Source of the DNA: the human T2T-CHM13v2.0 reference genome, Homo sapiens
NCBI RefSeq assembly: GCF_009914755.1
Contig: NC_060930.1
DNA length: 64,000 nt
Direction: 5' to 3' (one strand)
Shown here: one piece after another, positions 31,972 through 48,786 of the stretch
How the letters are laid out: the number at the start of each line of letters is the position of its first letter
Position numbering within the stretch: position 1 is the stretch's first letter
Program-made: the position numbers and the translations under genes
Notes under the pieces: generated by a model
Databases searched by the model: none
What the model was told of the DNA's origin: nothing
Seen by the model: the letters and a program-made list of their open reading frames with translations, nothing else

Positions 31972-34466
31972 TTGTTAACTGTATTCAGAAGTTCTTTGAT
32001 TTCCTTGGCACTCCTTTTGAGGACCACCAGGGAAGGGGAAAGCTGAGCACATTTCCATTCTGCTTCAACCAGAATGTTTTGTCTCTATTTTTTTAATACA
32101 GAAGTTTCAAATAAGAGTTTACCTGCAAAAATGGTGGGGGAGGGGGCACATTTGGCTGCTAAAACCATGGTCTTAAAATGTTCAATTCTATGCATGTTAT
32201 CTTCCTAAATGAAAAAAGTATAGTATGAAACATTGGGTATAGAAGGAGCCATGTTTAAAAAAACAGTTATATCTCCATCTCTCTGTGTGTATGAAAAAAT
32301 GCAAGTTTTCTATACACACAGTTTTTTATAGTGGTAACAGAGTGGTAAAAAAATAAAATGGTCACAGTAGTGTGGTGGGATTTCAAGTTGTTTTTTACTT
32401 TCTGTTTTTCTTGTCTATATTTTCTAAAATGAATGGGTAGTATTTGTGACGATTAGAAAACAAAGCAATAGCAGTCACTTATAAATACCTTTAAAATGTT
32501 GGCACATTTCCATGCAAAATTCTATTTTAATGCTGGTCTGGTCAGAACTAGTTTTGCCTGTCAAGACTAATTGTTCAAGAGACCTTTTTATATAAAAGAG
32601 CTATGTTGTAACTGGATTTCTGTTGCACTAGTGTTTTAATTTAATAGGTAAAATAATTTAAATAATAAAGAATAAAAATTTAAAATATTTATTAAATTAA
32701 AAAAATAGAAAATCCTTCCTTAACCTAGAATAATAATCACTAAATATAAGATTTACTATATGCCAGTTGTTCTAAGCAGTTGACATATATTCACTCATCT
32801 AATTCTTACAACAACCCTAATTCAGAATTACTGTTATGTACAGAAAGCTGAATTAATATGACCAAGGTCACACTACTGATTCAAACTACCTTAGATGTTA
32901 CTTTTGTATTCCGAGTTTCACCTCGTTGAACTCCAATTCAGACAACTAATTCTTTTAAATTTTAAAAATAGTTTATAGATGGCAGATGTGAAAACATATA
33001 TATATTGACATTTATGTGTATATTTTATGTTATTTGTATTTTCAGTTTTTTAAAATCATCTTGTTAGAAGCCTTTGACCAACAGCTGTTGTTACTTCACT
33101 CATTGCTACCATCATATGCAGATAGTAAACAAGAAGATCTTCTAGGTTGATCAGATGCCCTTTCTTATTAAAATATTTTTGAAGTTTTGTCTGTGGTAGC
33201 TTTGACCCTGAGTTACTATGTATATTTTTAAGCAAGCTGACTACCACAATTATGTGGGGTATGAACAGTGTCTACATGCTCTGCCTGTGGAACACATATA
33301 AATCATTTGGCCTTGGGATATACATAAATCACACTTTTTTATACTGAAGATGACTGTCAGTGATGTTTATGCCTGACTTATTTATGATGGTAACTAACTT
33401 CATTGGACCATCTATCTACATATTTTCTTATCTACGACCTTGTGGGTCTTCTCAGAGCTAGGTGAGAAAGCTGGGAGAAATCAAGAGTGCATTTGGAGAC
33501 TAATAATCGCTATTTATATGCTTTTTTCCTACAGCAGATAGTCAGTGCATTTCCAAAATACTGTTTAGGTTTGATAAGTATCAGGAATAAAAATATTACC
33601 AGGATTCTAAGGGAAAAGGGACATGTGTAAGAGAACGGAAGAATTATTAACAAGGTCAGTGAACTGCGATGAACAAATGAGTAGGGAAGACAAGGAGAAA
33701 GAAGTTATGGGGAAATGTGCTAATGAAAATATCATAGAAATGAAATCAGTATTACTGAAAGATGAGCTAATTAAGAAGATGTTATGATATCCCTAAGAAT
33801 AAAATGAGCTCTTCTTCAAGTTTTTCTTGATATTACAAAAAAACTCGATCTCTAGCTGGAAGAGAATTTATTTTTAGACAAGTATTCAAATATTAGAAAG
33901 TGGGGAGGGGAGAAAAAGTATGTAGCACAATTAATGCAGCCCTTGTCTAAAATTGCATATTTTTCTATTGCATCTGGTTGTTTGGAACAATTTGCAGTAA
34001 TGTAAAAACTGCATTATGGTGAAGCTGGGCCATTGACTTACATGTATCCAGCAACTTTAGTGAAAGAATTAGAGCAGAGTTGTGGAACTTGTTTTTTATG
34101 CCTGGAAAGATCCCCCGGGGCTTCCTGACCCTTCTGTGATCATTGGAGCAGGCTGAGCACTTGAAGAGATTCTCTGGTATTTTTTTTTTTTTTTTTTTTT
34201 TTACAGGAGAAGGGTTGGTTCATTTTTACCCAACTTTGCATTAGCCATAAAGGTTTTCTCCTGTGGCATATAAGATCCTGCTCTCTGATACATAGATTGG
34301 AAGATGAAGGTGTTCAGGATGAAGAAAATACATTTTAAAATAATATGATATCTCATAATCACTATCTATGATAATTCTTTGACATTAATAGGGTTGAATA
34401 GGGTAGAGATGGAATCTATTTTCAGTCCTCCTTTGCAGACTACCTCAGATTGTGATATAACTCTAG

Positions 34467-34680
34467 GACTGCATTATCCGAAATGGTAATTCATGCCCAT
34501 CTACGGCTGTTTAAACTGAAATTAATAAAAATTAAATAAAATATTTGACTCCACAGTTGCAAGAACAGTATTTTAAGCGTGCAGTAGTCACATGACTAGT
34601 TAGTAGCTACCGTCTTGGACAGAGCAAATATAGAACATATCCATGATTGTGTAAAGTTTGTTGGTCAGGACTCCTTTAGA
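34467..34680. mobile_element. MER3-like hAT-Charlie MITE
   Basis: GTAGCTACCGTCTTGGACAGAGCAAATATAGAACAT matches remembered MER3/MER33 consensus. Confidence 0.65.
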
Positions 34681-34924
34681 GCATATATCTTTTGAAGAGG
34701 TCGTCAATATTGCTTCATCTGTGGCTTTCAAAGTGTAAGTATATTGAAGAGAAGCTATTTGTTTTTTCAAGTTGGACAGATGTTCTTGTAACTTTGACAG
34801 TATATTACAGTGAGAATAGATTTGCAAGTTAGCTGACTTTAGTAGAGGACAACTTTGTTCAAATTAATCAGTAATATTTACTGTGTTATGCTGTAAAATA
34901 CTACAAAGTTGGGCTTCTGGGCAA

Positions 34925-35095
34925 CAGCATTGTATAGATAGTGAAAAAGAACACAGACCTTAAAGACAGGAAACATGGAACCTTGTCCCAGCTTTGGCAC
35001 TAACTTGTTGTAAGACTTCGGGCAGGTTAATTTGGGATTTAATTTCTTCATCTCTAAATTGTAGGTTTAAATGAAATAATTTTTAAAGTCCCTTT
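34925..35095 (+). mobile_element. MIR
   Basis: TTTCTTCATCTCTAAA core-like motif. Confidence 0.6.
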
Positions 35096-35457
35096 TGTTA
35101 AAATAGTTAATTCTAAGCATTTTCTTCCCATAGGTACGACTTTTATAAAAGACCTATGGTTTTGAATGGAAAAGGTAATAGAAAGAGAAAGATACTGATA
35201 AAGGTGCTAAAACGATCCTGCCCTTATTCAAAATCATTTTACGATAGAGAAAAGTAGGCCTTAGAGGCCCAGATACCAACGGCAAGTGAGGGAGTGATTC
35301 ATAATGTTCAGTGCTGTAAAGCTGATAAGTGTAATAAAGAATGAAAGTCTGCTGAATTTGTATTCAAGGAGTCATAAGATGACCTTAGAACATTTTGGCT
35401 AGGTAGAAAGTTTGGGGCAGAGGTCACTTTACGAAGAACTGAAGAATAAATGGATGA

Positions 35458-35823
<366 letters not shown>

Positions 35824-35892
35824 TGACTTTGTTTTTTCAATTTAATTTTACAAAGCAATAATTTTAAAAAATCAATTGTTCTACAAGGCTGA

Positions 35893-36348
35893 TATATTTG
35901 TCAGGGTTCTCTAGAGGGACAACACTAATAGGATAGATATAAATATATAGATATATAAAGGGGAGTTTATTAAGTATTAAATCACACAATCACAAGGTCC
36001 CACAATAGGCTGTCTGCATGCTGAGGAGCAAGGAAAGCCAGTCCGAGTCCCAAAACTGAAGAACATGGAGTCTGATGTTCGAAGGCAGGAAGCATCCAGC
36101 ACAGGAGAAAGATGAAGGCTGGGAGGCTAGGCCAGTCTAGTCTTTTCACATTTTTCTGCCTGCATTATATACTAGCCTCACTGGCAGCTGATGAGATGGT
36201 GACCACCCAGATTAAGGGTGGGTCTGCCTTTCCCAGCCCACTGACTCAAATGTTAATCTCCTTTGGCAACACCCTCACAGACACACCCAGGATCAATACT
36301 TTGCATCCTTGAATCCAATCAAGTTGACACTCAGTATTAACTATCACA
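35893..36348 (-). mobile_element. MLT2A (MLT2A1/A2) HERV-L solo LTR
   Basis: GTCAGGGTTCTCTAGAGGGAC...CCAATCAAGTTGACACTCAGTATTAACTATCACA, 5-bp TSD GCTGA/GCTAA. Confidence 0.9.
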
Positions 36349-37484
36349 GCTAAGAAGGAAAAAGGAAAAGCAATTTTATGCGCCTTTCCTCTCCACTCCC
36401 TCTTTCTTTTTTGTACAGACAACCACATTTAAATTGGGTAGTGGTCTCTTTTGGTATTTGGTATTCATACTTCTGTATCTTTTTTTTTTCCCCTCAGATA
36501 TTATCCATGAACTTCTTACTGCAGAAAATGAGAATTTAGCTGTTTTAAACCACTTCTTTCACCATTCTTCCAAAAATGAAAGTTTAGCCCATTGTCTGGT
36601 TAGATAAATATTGAATGTTTATTTTGTTGTAGCTACATAAATATTGTTTGTGGCAGAATCACAGTATATAGTGATTTTTTTTGTAAAAAACAACTTTTAG
36701 GGTTATAATTGCTTTTTGCTTTTGCTTAATTTCCCATGTAAGTATCATTAATATGTCTCTAAAATCTTAACAGAACTAGAAATCTACTCAGTAGCTTCAA
36801 ACATATCAGGTCATCTGCCAATTTTTGTTGTTGTTGTTCCTTGGAGAATCATTCCTATAGCTTACCATACTCCTGCTCCAGTCCAGACTCTGTTGTTCTA
36901 TATAGGCCTGCTTGATAGCTATTGTCTCATGCTTTCCTTTAGTTTCATCTTGGAGAATTTCCTTTCTTCTTTACCATTTTTAGATCACGTGTCTTCATCA
37001 TATTTATTCTCCCAGGTTTTGATTGAACATATCTTTAAACTCCTTCATAGAAAGGGTAATGAGGCAAACTTTTAAAGACTCCATTGGTCTGATAGTTTGG
37101 CCAGGTATAGAATTAATATGGAAATACTTTTCCCTCCACATTTTCAAAGTATCGTTTTATTTATCTTCTGGTGTTCGCTGTTGCTGTAGAGAACTCAGGT
37201 GCCCTTCTGATTCTTATTCCTTTTTGTGAGACCCCTCTACCTTTTTTGTTCTCTTCCAATAAGTTTTTAGGGATTTTCTTTTTTCCTCCTCCCTGGGTTA
37301 TTCTGAGGTTTCACAGTGATTTTGCAGGGTTTTTTATTAATTTTTTTATGACTTGATCCTTTAATTGTGAAAACTCATATCCTTCTGTTCGTAGAACTAT
37401 TCTCAATAAAGTGTTCTCCTTTCTTAGTTCTCTTTTTCTGTAACTCCTACTGGTGGATGCTTTATTTTAACCTTTTTTACTCTT

Positions 37485-37821
37485 TGATATGGTTTCAATT
37501 TGTGTCCCTGCCCAAGTCTCATGTCAAATTGATTTCTCCCTTGCTGTTCTCATGATAGTGAGTTCTCTTGAGATATGATGGGTTATTGAATAAAAGTGTG
37601 TGGCACTCGTCCCTTGGCTCTCTCTCTCTCTCTCTGCTGCTGCCATGTGAAGAAAGTGTTTGCTTCCCCTTTGCCATCTGCCATGACTGTAAGTTTCTTA
37701 AGGCCTCCCACTCATGCTTCCTGTGAAGCCTGTGGAACTGTCAGTCAATTAAACATCTTTTCTTCATAAATTACCCAGTCTCAGGTAGTTCTTTATAGCA
37801 GTGTGAGAATGGACTAATACA
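37485..37821 (+). mobile_element. MaLR solo LTR (MST/THE1D-like) with internal deletion
   Basis: TGATATGGTTT...GGACTAATACA. Lacks a block present near the start of the 17979 copy. Confidence 0.85.
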
Positions 37822-38084
37822 CTGTCATTGTTCTTCATTTTTTCTGTGTTCTTTTTGGAGGATTTAATCAATTTTCTAACACTTGTGTTGATTCTTTAAA
37901 TTTCTCTAATAATAGTTTAATTTTCAAGAGCTCTTTCTTGTTTTCAGGAGACTTCTGACTCATTTCATAGATGCATTATAATCTTTCATCCAGCTGAGGA
38001 ATATTAATTGCAGTTGTTAAAGATTTATTCTTCTGACTTTGTGTCTGTTTCCTTTATGTTCCTTTTTTCTGTTTGCTTGTTTGA

Positions 38085-38622
<538 letters not shown>

Positions 38623-38634
38623 CCTAGATTATGT

Positions 38635-38992
38635 TTTGGTAACATATGACCCCAAATTTTCAGTGGGGTAACACAATAAAGGTTTTATCTCTCTTGCACT
38701 ACATGTTCAGTGTGGTCTGCAGAGTCCTGTAGTCATGGTCCTCTCACTTCAGGACCCAGAAGATGGATCTTGAAACTTGCTTCCATAAGTTTTGAAGCAG
38801 GAAAGGGGATACAGCAGATTTTGCACTAGCTAGCTCTTACAGTTTCTTCCCAAAAGTACCTAAGCTATTTTTACTCACATTTCATTAGCCAAAGTAAATT
38901 ATATGGCCATGCCTAATGTAAAAGACAGTAGGGAAAAGCAAGCCTGCTTTTGTCCAGAAGACAAGGGTGACCAGAATATTTGTAACAACTGT
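38635..38992 (-). mobile_element. MLT1-type MaLR LTR remnant
   Basis: CTCACATTTCATTAGCCAAAG...ATGGCCA motifs typical of MLT1. Confidence 0.55.
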
Positions 38993-39544
38993 AAGGGCAT
39001 TCTACTTATACATGTTCTATAATTCATATATGCTCTTGCCATTTTAATGGATTTTATAATATACATATCTTCCAAGAATGGGATGTCTAAGGTCTCTTTC
39101 AGCTTCAAATTATATGGCTGTAATACTTGAGAATTGCCATTCACCCTAACAACTTGTTAAAAATTACTATGTTAAGTAAATATACTGTTAATGAAAACAT
39201 TTGGGAGCTATTTTCCCCAGTAGTAGTTTAAGATAAATAATTTAGAGTCAAAATAATTTATTGAAACAGTTTCAATTTGAATTTATTATTCAAAACAATT
39301 GAATTTATTATTCAAAACAGTTGAATTTATTATTCAAAATAATTTATTGAAACAGAGTCAGATGCTTGAAAGAATCGTGGGACATTTTTGTTTCTGTGTT
39401 GCATCACTGGCAATGTTTAATAACTGCTTGCATTCTTGAATTATAAATGTCCAATTTGGAGATTTTAAATGACCAGATTCCTTTGCTAATTTAAATGTTC
39501 TTTCTTTGTTGAAAATAAAGCATATATATTTTTAAATATATCTC

Positions 39545-39957
39545 TTTTTTTTTTTTTAAGAGTGTCTCGCTCTGTTGCCCAGGCTGGAGTGCAGTAATGT
39601 GATCATAGCTAACTACAGCCTTTAATTCCTGGGCTGAAGAGATCCTCCCACCTTAGCCTCCTGAATAGCTGGGACTACAAATACATACCACCACACCTGG
39701 CAAATTTTTGTTTGTTTGTTTTTGTAGAGATGGGGTCTCACTGTGTTGCCCAGGCTTGTCTTGAAGTGCTGGGATCATAGGCATGAGCCAAGATGCCTGG
39801 CCCCTTTTTTAATATTTATTTTTTAAATTAAAAAAAGTAGAGAGAAGGGTCTCACTGTGTTGCCCAGGCTGGTCTCTAACTCCTGGCCTCAGGCAATCCT
39901 TTTTGCCTTGGCCTTGCAAAGTGTTGGTATTACAGGCGTGAGCCACCACGCCCAGCC
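39545..39957 (-). mobile_element. AluJ plus adjacent left-arm monomer
   Basis: Antisense Alu 39545-39803 and monomer ~39812-39957. Confidence 0.85.
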
Positions 39958-40375
39958 CCCTTTTTAAATCATAAATTGTTATATGTTGTCATTAAAAAAC
40001 ACCTCAAGTATGTTAGTGCCCTCTGTCAGATAAAATTTCAGTCATATGTAATTTTGTGCCTTGTGTCCAAACTTTAATTTTATTGCTGACATAGTAACAT
40101 CACACCACCACATTGCTAAATCTGTGAGCTTCTTCCTTGTCTATGCCTGTTTTCCCCTCATATTCAATATAGTAGGTTATTTTAAGCAATAAAATGCTTT
40201 CCAAACCACGAAGTTGTTAAATGTACACTAAAAATAAATTAACGGAATTATTTTCATTCTGTGTTTGAAAATGACATTGTATCTTGAGAGTGACCATACA
40301 AACTCTTTGCTAAATTTCATTATTTGAAACTCATGTATGTTCAGACAATTTTTATTTTCATAAAAGAGCATGCCA

Positions 40376-40748
<373 letters not shown>

Positions 40749-42131
40749 CTACATAGCGGAAGCAGTTGAAGAATGCAATGTTGCTAATTTAATGGAATTT
40801 GTTTTACTTTGAGTTCAAAGACTTGACACATTTCTTTTTAAATGTCCTGATTTTGGTTAAAAACAAAAAGGAAACCACTTCTAGCTCTAAGGGTAGTTAT
40901 TTTTTACTTCACACATACAGTGACATTCAACTAAGAGGAACTAACAAGTTATTATAATAAGGCATGTTATATGTTCATTTGTTTATCAATAACTGAGGAT
41001 TACATTCTGTGTCTAGGACTCACCACATCATTTAATATCACAAGTACTTTAGAACTAACTACTCTTTTATGGTTTTTTTGTGTGTGTGAATGGCTGTGCA
41101 CAAGCCAGGGATTTTAATGATTGAGAAATACAGAGCTGTAATATTCTAAATCAAAATATATGCACTGAAAGCTACCAGTAGAAACTATTCTGAAATCTGC
41201 ACCAAAAAAAATATATGAACCTGGTGGTACCAAGTTTTGTGTTAGGGATTCCATTGACTTAGTTTTGAGTGTGTAATAGTGCATGTTATATGTTACAGAT
41301 TTTAAGATACTTTAAAAATATATTTAAAAATATAAATTCAAATAAATTATTTTAGACTCTTTGAAGCATTTCCCTGATCTCCAGAGTTTTAAAGATAGAA
41401 CAGTTTCAAAATCACTCTTTCAGATGATGGTGGGGAGATTGTGGAAAGCCAAAGTTTTGGGGTTTTTTGGGGGGGAGGCGTGTTATTATTTTTACATTAG
41501 GTAAAGCCAAAGATAAGTTTGAATTTTCCTATTACCTGTACAGCTTGAGAAGTTCCTAATTTTTCTCAGCTCTAAAAGAAAAGTAGACACACTTTTGTTG
41601 ATTCATTTTCTATACTACCTGTCCCATCAACTGTCATTGCAATAAGGGGTGAATAGCGCACTGTTCTCAAAGCCAGATCAGCTCCACGAAGATGGCTGAA
41701 ACTGCCTTGGAGGAAAGAATCAAATATAACTTCTCAGAAAATATGCTAAAAAGGAAAGCAGGGTCTCTATATCAGTTGTTCCCTTTAGTTTCATATCTGT
41801 ATTCTCATTTGTTGATGTCTATATCATTTTCCTGCTGCCTTTCAAATTCATTCATCAGCTCAGCAGCCAAGAGTATAGTCTGAAAATAATTCCGCAGATT
41901 CACTTCAAAGTTCTTATACTCATTTATTCTGTTTCATTCATATTCATATTCATTTCCTCATATTCATCTCTCTGTCTCTTCATCTACCTTCTCCCCATTT
42001 TCCAATTACATGAACAATATAAAATGTCAGATTGTCAGTCACTTGAATATTGTCTAAAATCTGTTAGTAGCATCCAATATAAGTTCCATGCACATGCCAT
42101 TCTTACTGAATACTTCATAGCAGTAAGAATA

Positions 42132-42392
<261 letters not shown>

Positions 42393-43010
42393 TTAGAATG
42401 ATAACAGTTTCAATATCAACTCATTACTTTCTCATCTTTAAATTTAAGCAAACCAACATATCTCTCACTCATAAAGTATCTGTATCAAAGATATTTTTTC
42501 TAATATTTTTAAAATTTTGAAACACAGGTTGAAAGAATTTCAACAAGGAGCACAATACTATCTAGTTTGTGCAATTATCGTTTTTGTATACTTTATATAA
42601 CTCTGCATCTATTATACCTCTGTGGATTCATCTGTTTATCTTTTTGCTACATTTCAAAAGAAGCTGCAGACATCAATATAATCTCTAAATTTTCCAGCAT
42701 GCATATCATTAACTAGAGTTCACTATCTTTTTTGAGGTAAAATTGATACACAGTGAAATTGTAAGTGCACCATTCAATAACTATGACACATGTCTACCCT
42801 TTTGTAACTCAAACCCATCTCAAGACATGGAACATTATCTCATTCCAGAAAGATCCTTCATGTCCCTCTTTAGTCAGTCCATATATCCACCCACAGACAA
42901 CAATTATTTTCATTTTTTTCCTACTATAAGTTAATTTTGTCTGTTCTAGAACTTCAAATAAATGGAATTACAGTATACTCATTTTTTATAAAGCTGTTTT
43001 TACTTGCTAT

Positions 43011-44643
<1,633 letters not shown>

Positions 44644-45024
44644 ACTATTATGATGTGTATCCCAGTGATTCATTCCTTTTCATTGCTCAGTAGTATTGTA
44701 CATAGCAAAAGTTGTTTATCTGTTCTATCATTGAAGGATATCTACACTGTTTTCAGTTTTGGGCTATTATGGATAAACCCCTAATATACATTTGCACACA
44801 AGTCTTTGTGTGAACATGTGTTTTAATTTCTCTTGCATAAAAGCCTAGCCATGGAACCTGGGGTCATAGGGCAGGTATATGTTTAATTCTATAGGAGATT
44901 GCCAAACTTTTTCCAAAGTAGATCTACCATTTTATATTCCTACCAGCAGTATATAAGAATTTTAGTAGTTACACATCCTCACCAACTTTTAAGCCATTCT
45001 AGTGGCTGTGTATTGCATTGTGGT

Positions 45025-45323
<299 letters not shown>

Positions 45324-45468
45324 GCATTGTGGTTTTAATTCCCATTTTTTTTTGAAGCCTAATGATGTTGATTACTCATGTGCTTATTTTCTATTTATGT
45401 ATCTTTTTTTTTAAGTAGGCATATCAGTTCAAGTCATTTGCTTACTTTTAAAAATCAAGTTACGTTCT

Positions 45469-45751
45469 GGCCAAGTGCAGTGGCTCATACCTATAATCCC
45501 AGCACTTTGGGAGGTTGAGGCAGGAGGATTGCTTGAGCCCAGGAGTTCGAGACCAACCTGGACAACATGGCAAAACCCTGTCTCTACAAAAAATAAGCCC
45601 GGTGTGGTGGCATGTGCCTGTTGTCCCAGCTACTCGAGAGATTGAGGTGGGAGGATTACCAGGAAGTTGAGGCTGCAGTGAGCTGTGGTCACACCACTGC
45701 ACTTCAGCCTGGGCCATAGCAGTGAGACCCTGTCTCAAAAAAAAAAAAAAA
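45469..45751 (+). mobile_element. AluJ
   Basis: Sense dimer with poly(A). Confidence 0.9.
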
Positions 45752-46162
45752 TTTACATTTTGTTAGCCTTAATAAAAAAAATTATACAACTTAATCTGAT
45801 CTATTTTTTAAGCGACCTTTTGTTCCTAGAGATGATCTACATTGTCAATTTTATTGCAATCATTTATTTGTAATATTTCTTTGCTCTCCTTTTAATGTCT
45901 GTGGGATTGGTGGTGACGGGCCCTCTTTGATTCCTGATTTTGATAATTTGTGTTCTTTATTTTTCTCTTGTGTTTCTACCTAAGGGTTTATCAATTTTGT
46001 TGAAAGCACTGACTTTTAGCTGTCTTTACTTTTCTCTATTGTTTTTTACCCTATTTTATTGATTTATGTTCCTATTATTTTCTTCTACCAACTTTGAGTT
46101 TCCTTTGCACTTTCTGTAGCTTCTTAGTTTGAAACCCTATGATGTTCTTTGAAACCTCTCTG

Positions 46163-46765
<603 letters not shown>

Positions 46766-48157
46766 TTTTAAAAATAGATAAATAAATAAATAAATAAAGT
46801 ACTTAAATCTAAATTTTCCTTCATAAATGGTTTTAGCTGCATCCCACAAATTTTGATATGTTGTTTTTTATTATCATTTGGTTTAAAAATTTTTAAATTT
46901 CCCGTGATTTTTTTTTTGCATTATCAGGTCAATTAAAAGTATACTGTGTAATTACAAATATTTATAATTATTTATCTTTTTATTTATCATTATGGTTTCT
47001 ATTTTACTTCTCTTTTGATCAGAGAACAAATGAATCTCAAATAGGTTAAATTGCTTGATGGTGTTTTTTAAAAGTTAGTGTGTCTTAAATGAATTTTTCC
47101 CCCAGTTGTTCTGTTAACTGTAGAGGGTGGCTTATAAAAAAAGTCTCCAGCTATGCTTGGAATTTGTCTAATTCTCTTTATAATTCTGTCAGTTCTTGAT
47201 TTGTGCATCTCAAAGCTCTGTTACTGGGCACATACACATTTATGATTGTTATGCCTTCTTAATGAGTTTTTAAAAATTCCATTATGAAATGTCCTTCTTT
47301 ATTTTTGATAATACTCTTTATCTTAAAGTCTACTTTTAGTAATATAACACAGCTGTAGCCTTATTATTGTTTACATGATTGTCTTTTTCTGTGCTCTGAT
47401 TTTTTATTTTTATATATCTTTATAGTTAAAGTGGCTCTTTTGTAGATGTAGACGGCAAAGAGTCGGGTCTTGCTTTTTTATCAATTTGATAAATCTCTGC
47501 ATTTTCGTTGGAGTGTTAAATCCTAATTTAACACCTAATGTAACTGTTCATATGGTTGGATTTAGATCTATCGTTTTGATATTCTTCTGTTTATCTCATT
47601 TCTTTGGTAACTGTTTTATGTCTTTCTGCTGCTGTCTGTGTTAATATGATATTTTTAAAATTCCATTTTAGTTTATCCACTGGCTTTTCAGTTACACATT
47701 TTTGCATTTTTAAGTGGTTGAGGACATGCATTCTTAGAGCATGATATCACAACCAAGAAATGAAAATTAGTTCTTGTAGAGGCAATACCATGCCAGATAC
47801 TGTAGTGGTTTGTAGTCTTCCAAAGAGCTACAGTACATAAGTAAATATTCAGTATATTTGTGTTATTAAAATTTCACATGGAGAGGAAAATAGGAAACAA
47901 AGCTTACTATGGGGAGTATAATGAAAAAGTGTTCTAGGCTTATAGTATACATCCTTAAATTAGATAGTGTACATAGATGTACTATTCTGCCACTCCATGT
48001 AAAATCAGAGATATTTTTATAAGTAAGATCTACTTGAAATATAGTATTATTTCAACAGTGCAACATTAATACCATAGAAGTATAGATTTGATAGGGATTT
48101 TAAAAATTTCTTCAGCCATCATCTATTAAGTACCTCTTATTTTCAAAGAGGAGCAGT

Positions 48158-48363
48158 AAAACAAAATACTCTATCATAAAAGCACCCATTTCTTGTGATT
48201 CATTGTGTCAGCTAAGAAGTTTTGTAGTAAATTTTTAAAAGTTCAGAAAATTAAAGGATAAAAACAAAATACTCTATCATAAAAGCACCCATTTCTTATG
48301 ATTCATTGTGTCAGCTAAGAAGTTTTATAGTAAATTTTTAAAAGTTCAGAAAATTAAAGGATA
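48158..48363. repeat. Tandem duplication, 2 x 103 bp
   Basis: Copies at 48158-48260 and 48261-48363 differ at two positions. Confidence 0.97.
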
Positions 48364-48786
48364 AAAGGTGAGCATGGGTTGAGTAGGGTGGCCTACCTGT
48401 GGCATGTAGTTTCAAGATTCTAAACTTTAATATTGTGATTATGTTGTTGAGGGACATTTGAAATATTCCAGAGAATGTTATATTAAGCATTATGATAGAC
48501 AAGGGCTTTTTATGTCAAATGATCTGGCTTTGAGTCCTGGTTCTGCCTGTCATCAGATAGGACCTTGGGACTCTTGATGTCCTCATCTAAGTGAGAAAAA
48601 GTCACAGCTACTTTTTTCTGCCTCCCTCCCTCTTTCCCTTGTTCCCCACCATCCTGATTCTCCCTCTCTGCTTCAAATATATGCTGAACACCTGCTATGT
48701 TTCAGGGATGGTTTTAGGCATGTAAATGAAAAATTATGATCTTTCCTTTCAAGAAGTTAGTAGCTTTATAAGAAAACAGACACATT

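Noticed and set aside
33046-33390. Possible cryptic exon or pseudogene fragment (TTTTCAG acceptor, minus-strand 63-aa ORF)
   Set aside because: No recognisable protein similarity, poly(A) or TSD, and only a mediocre donor.
39277-39340. Short palindromic repeats superficially CRISPR-like
   Set aside because: No spacers, no cas genes, and the DNA is primate intron.
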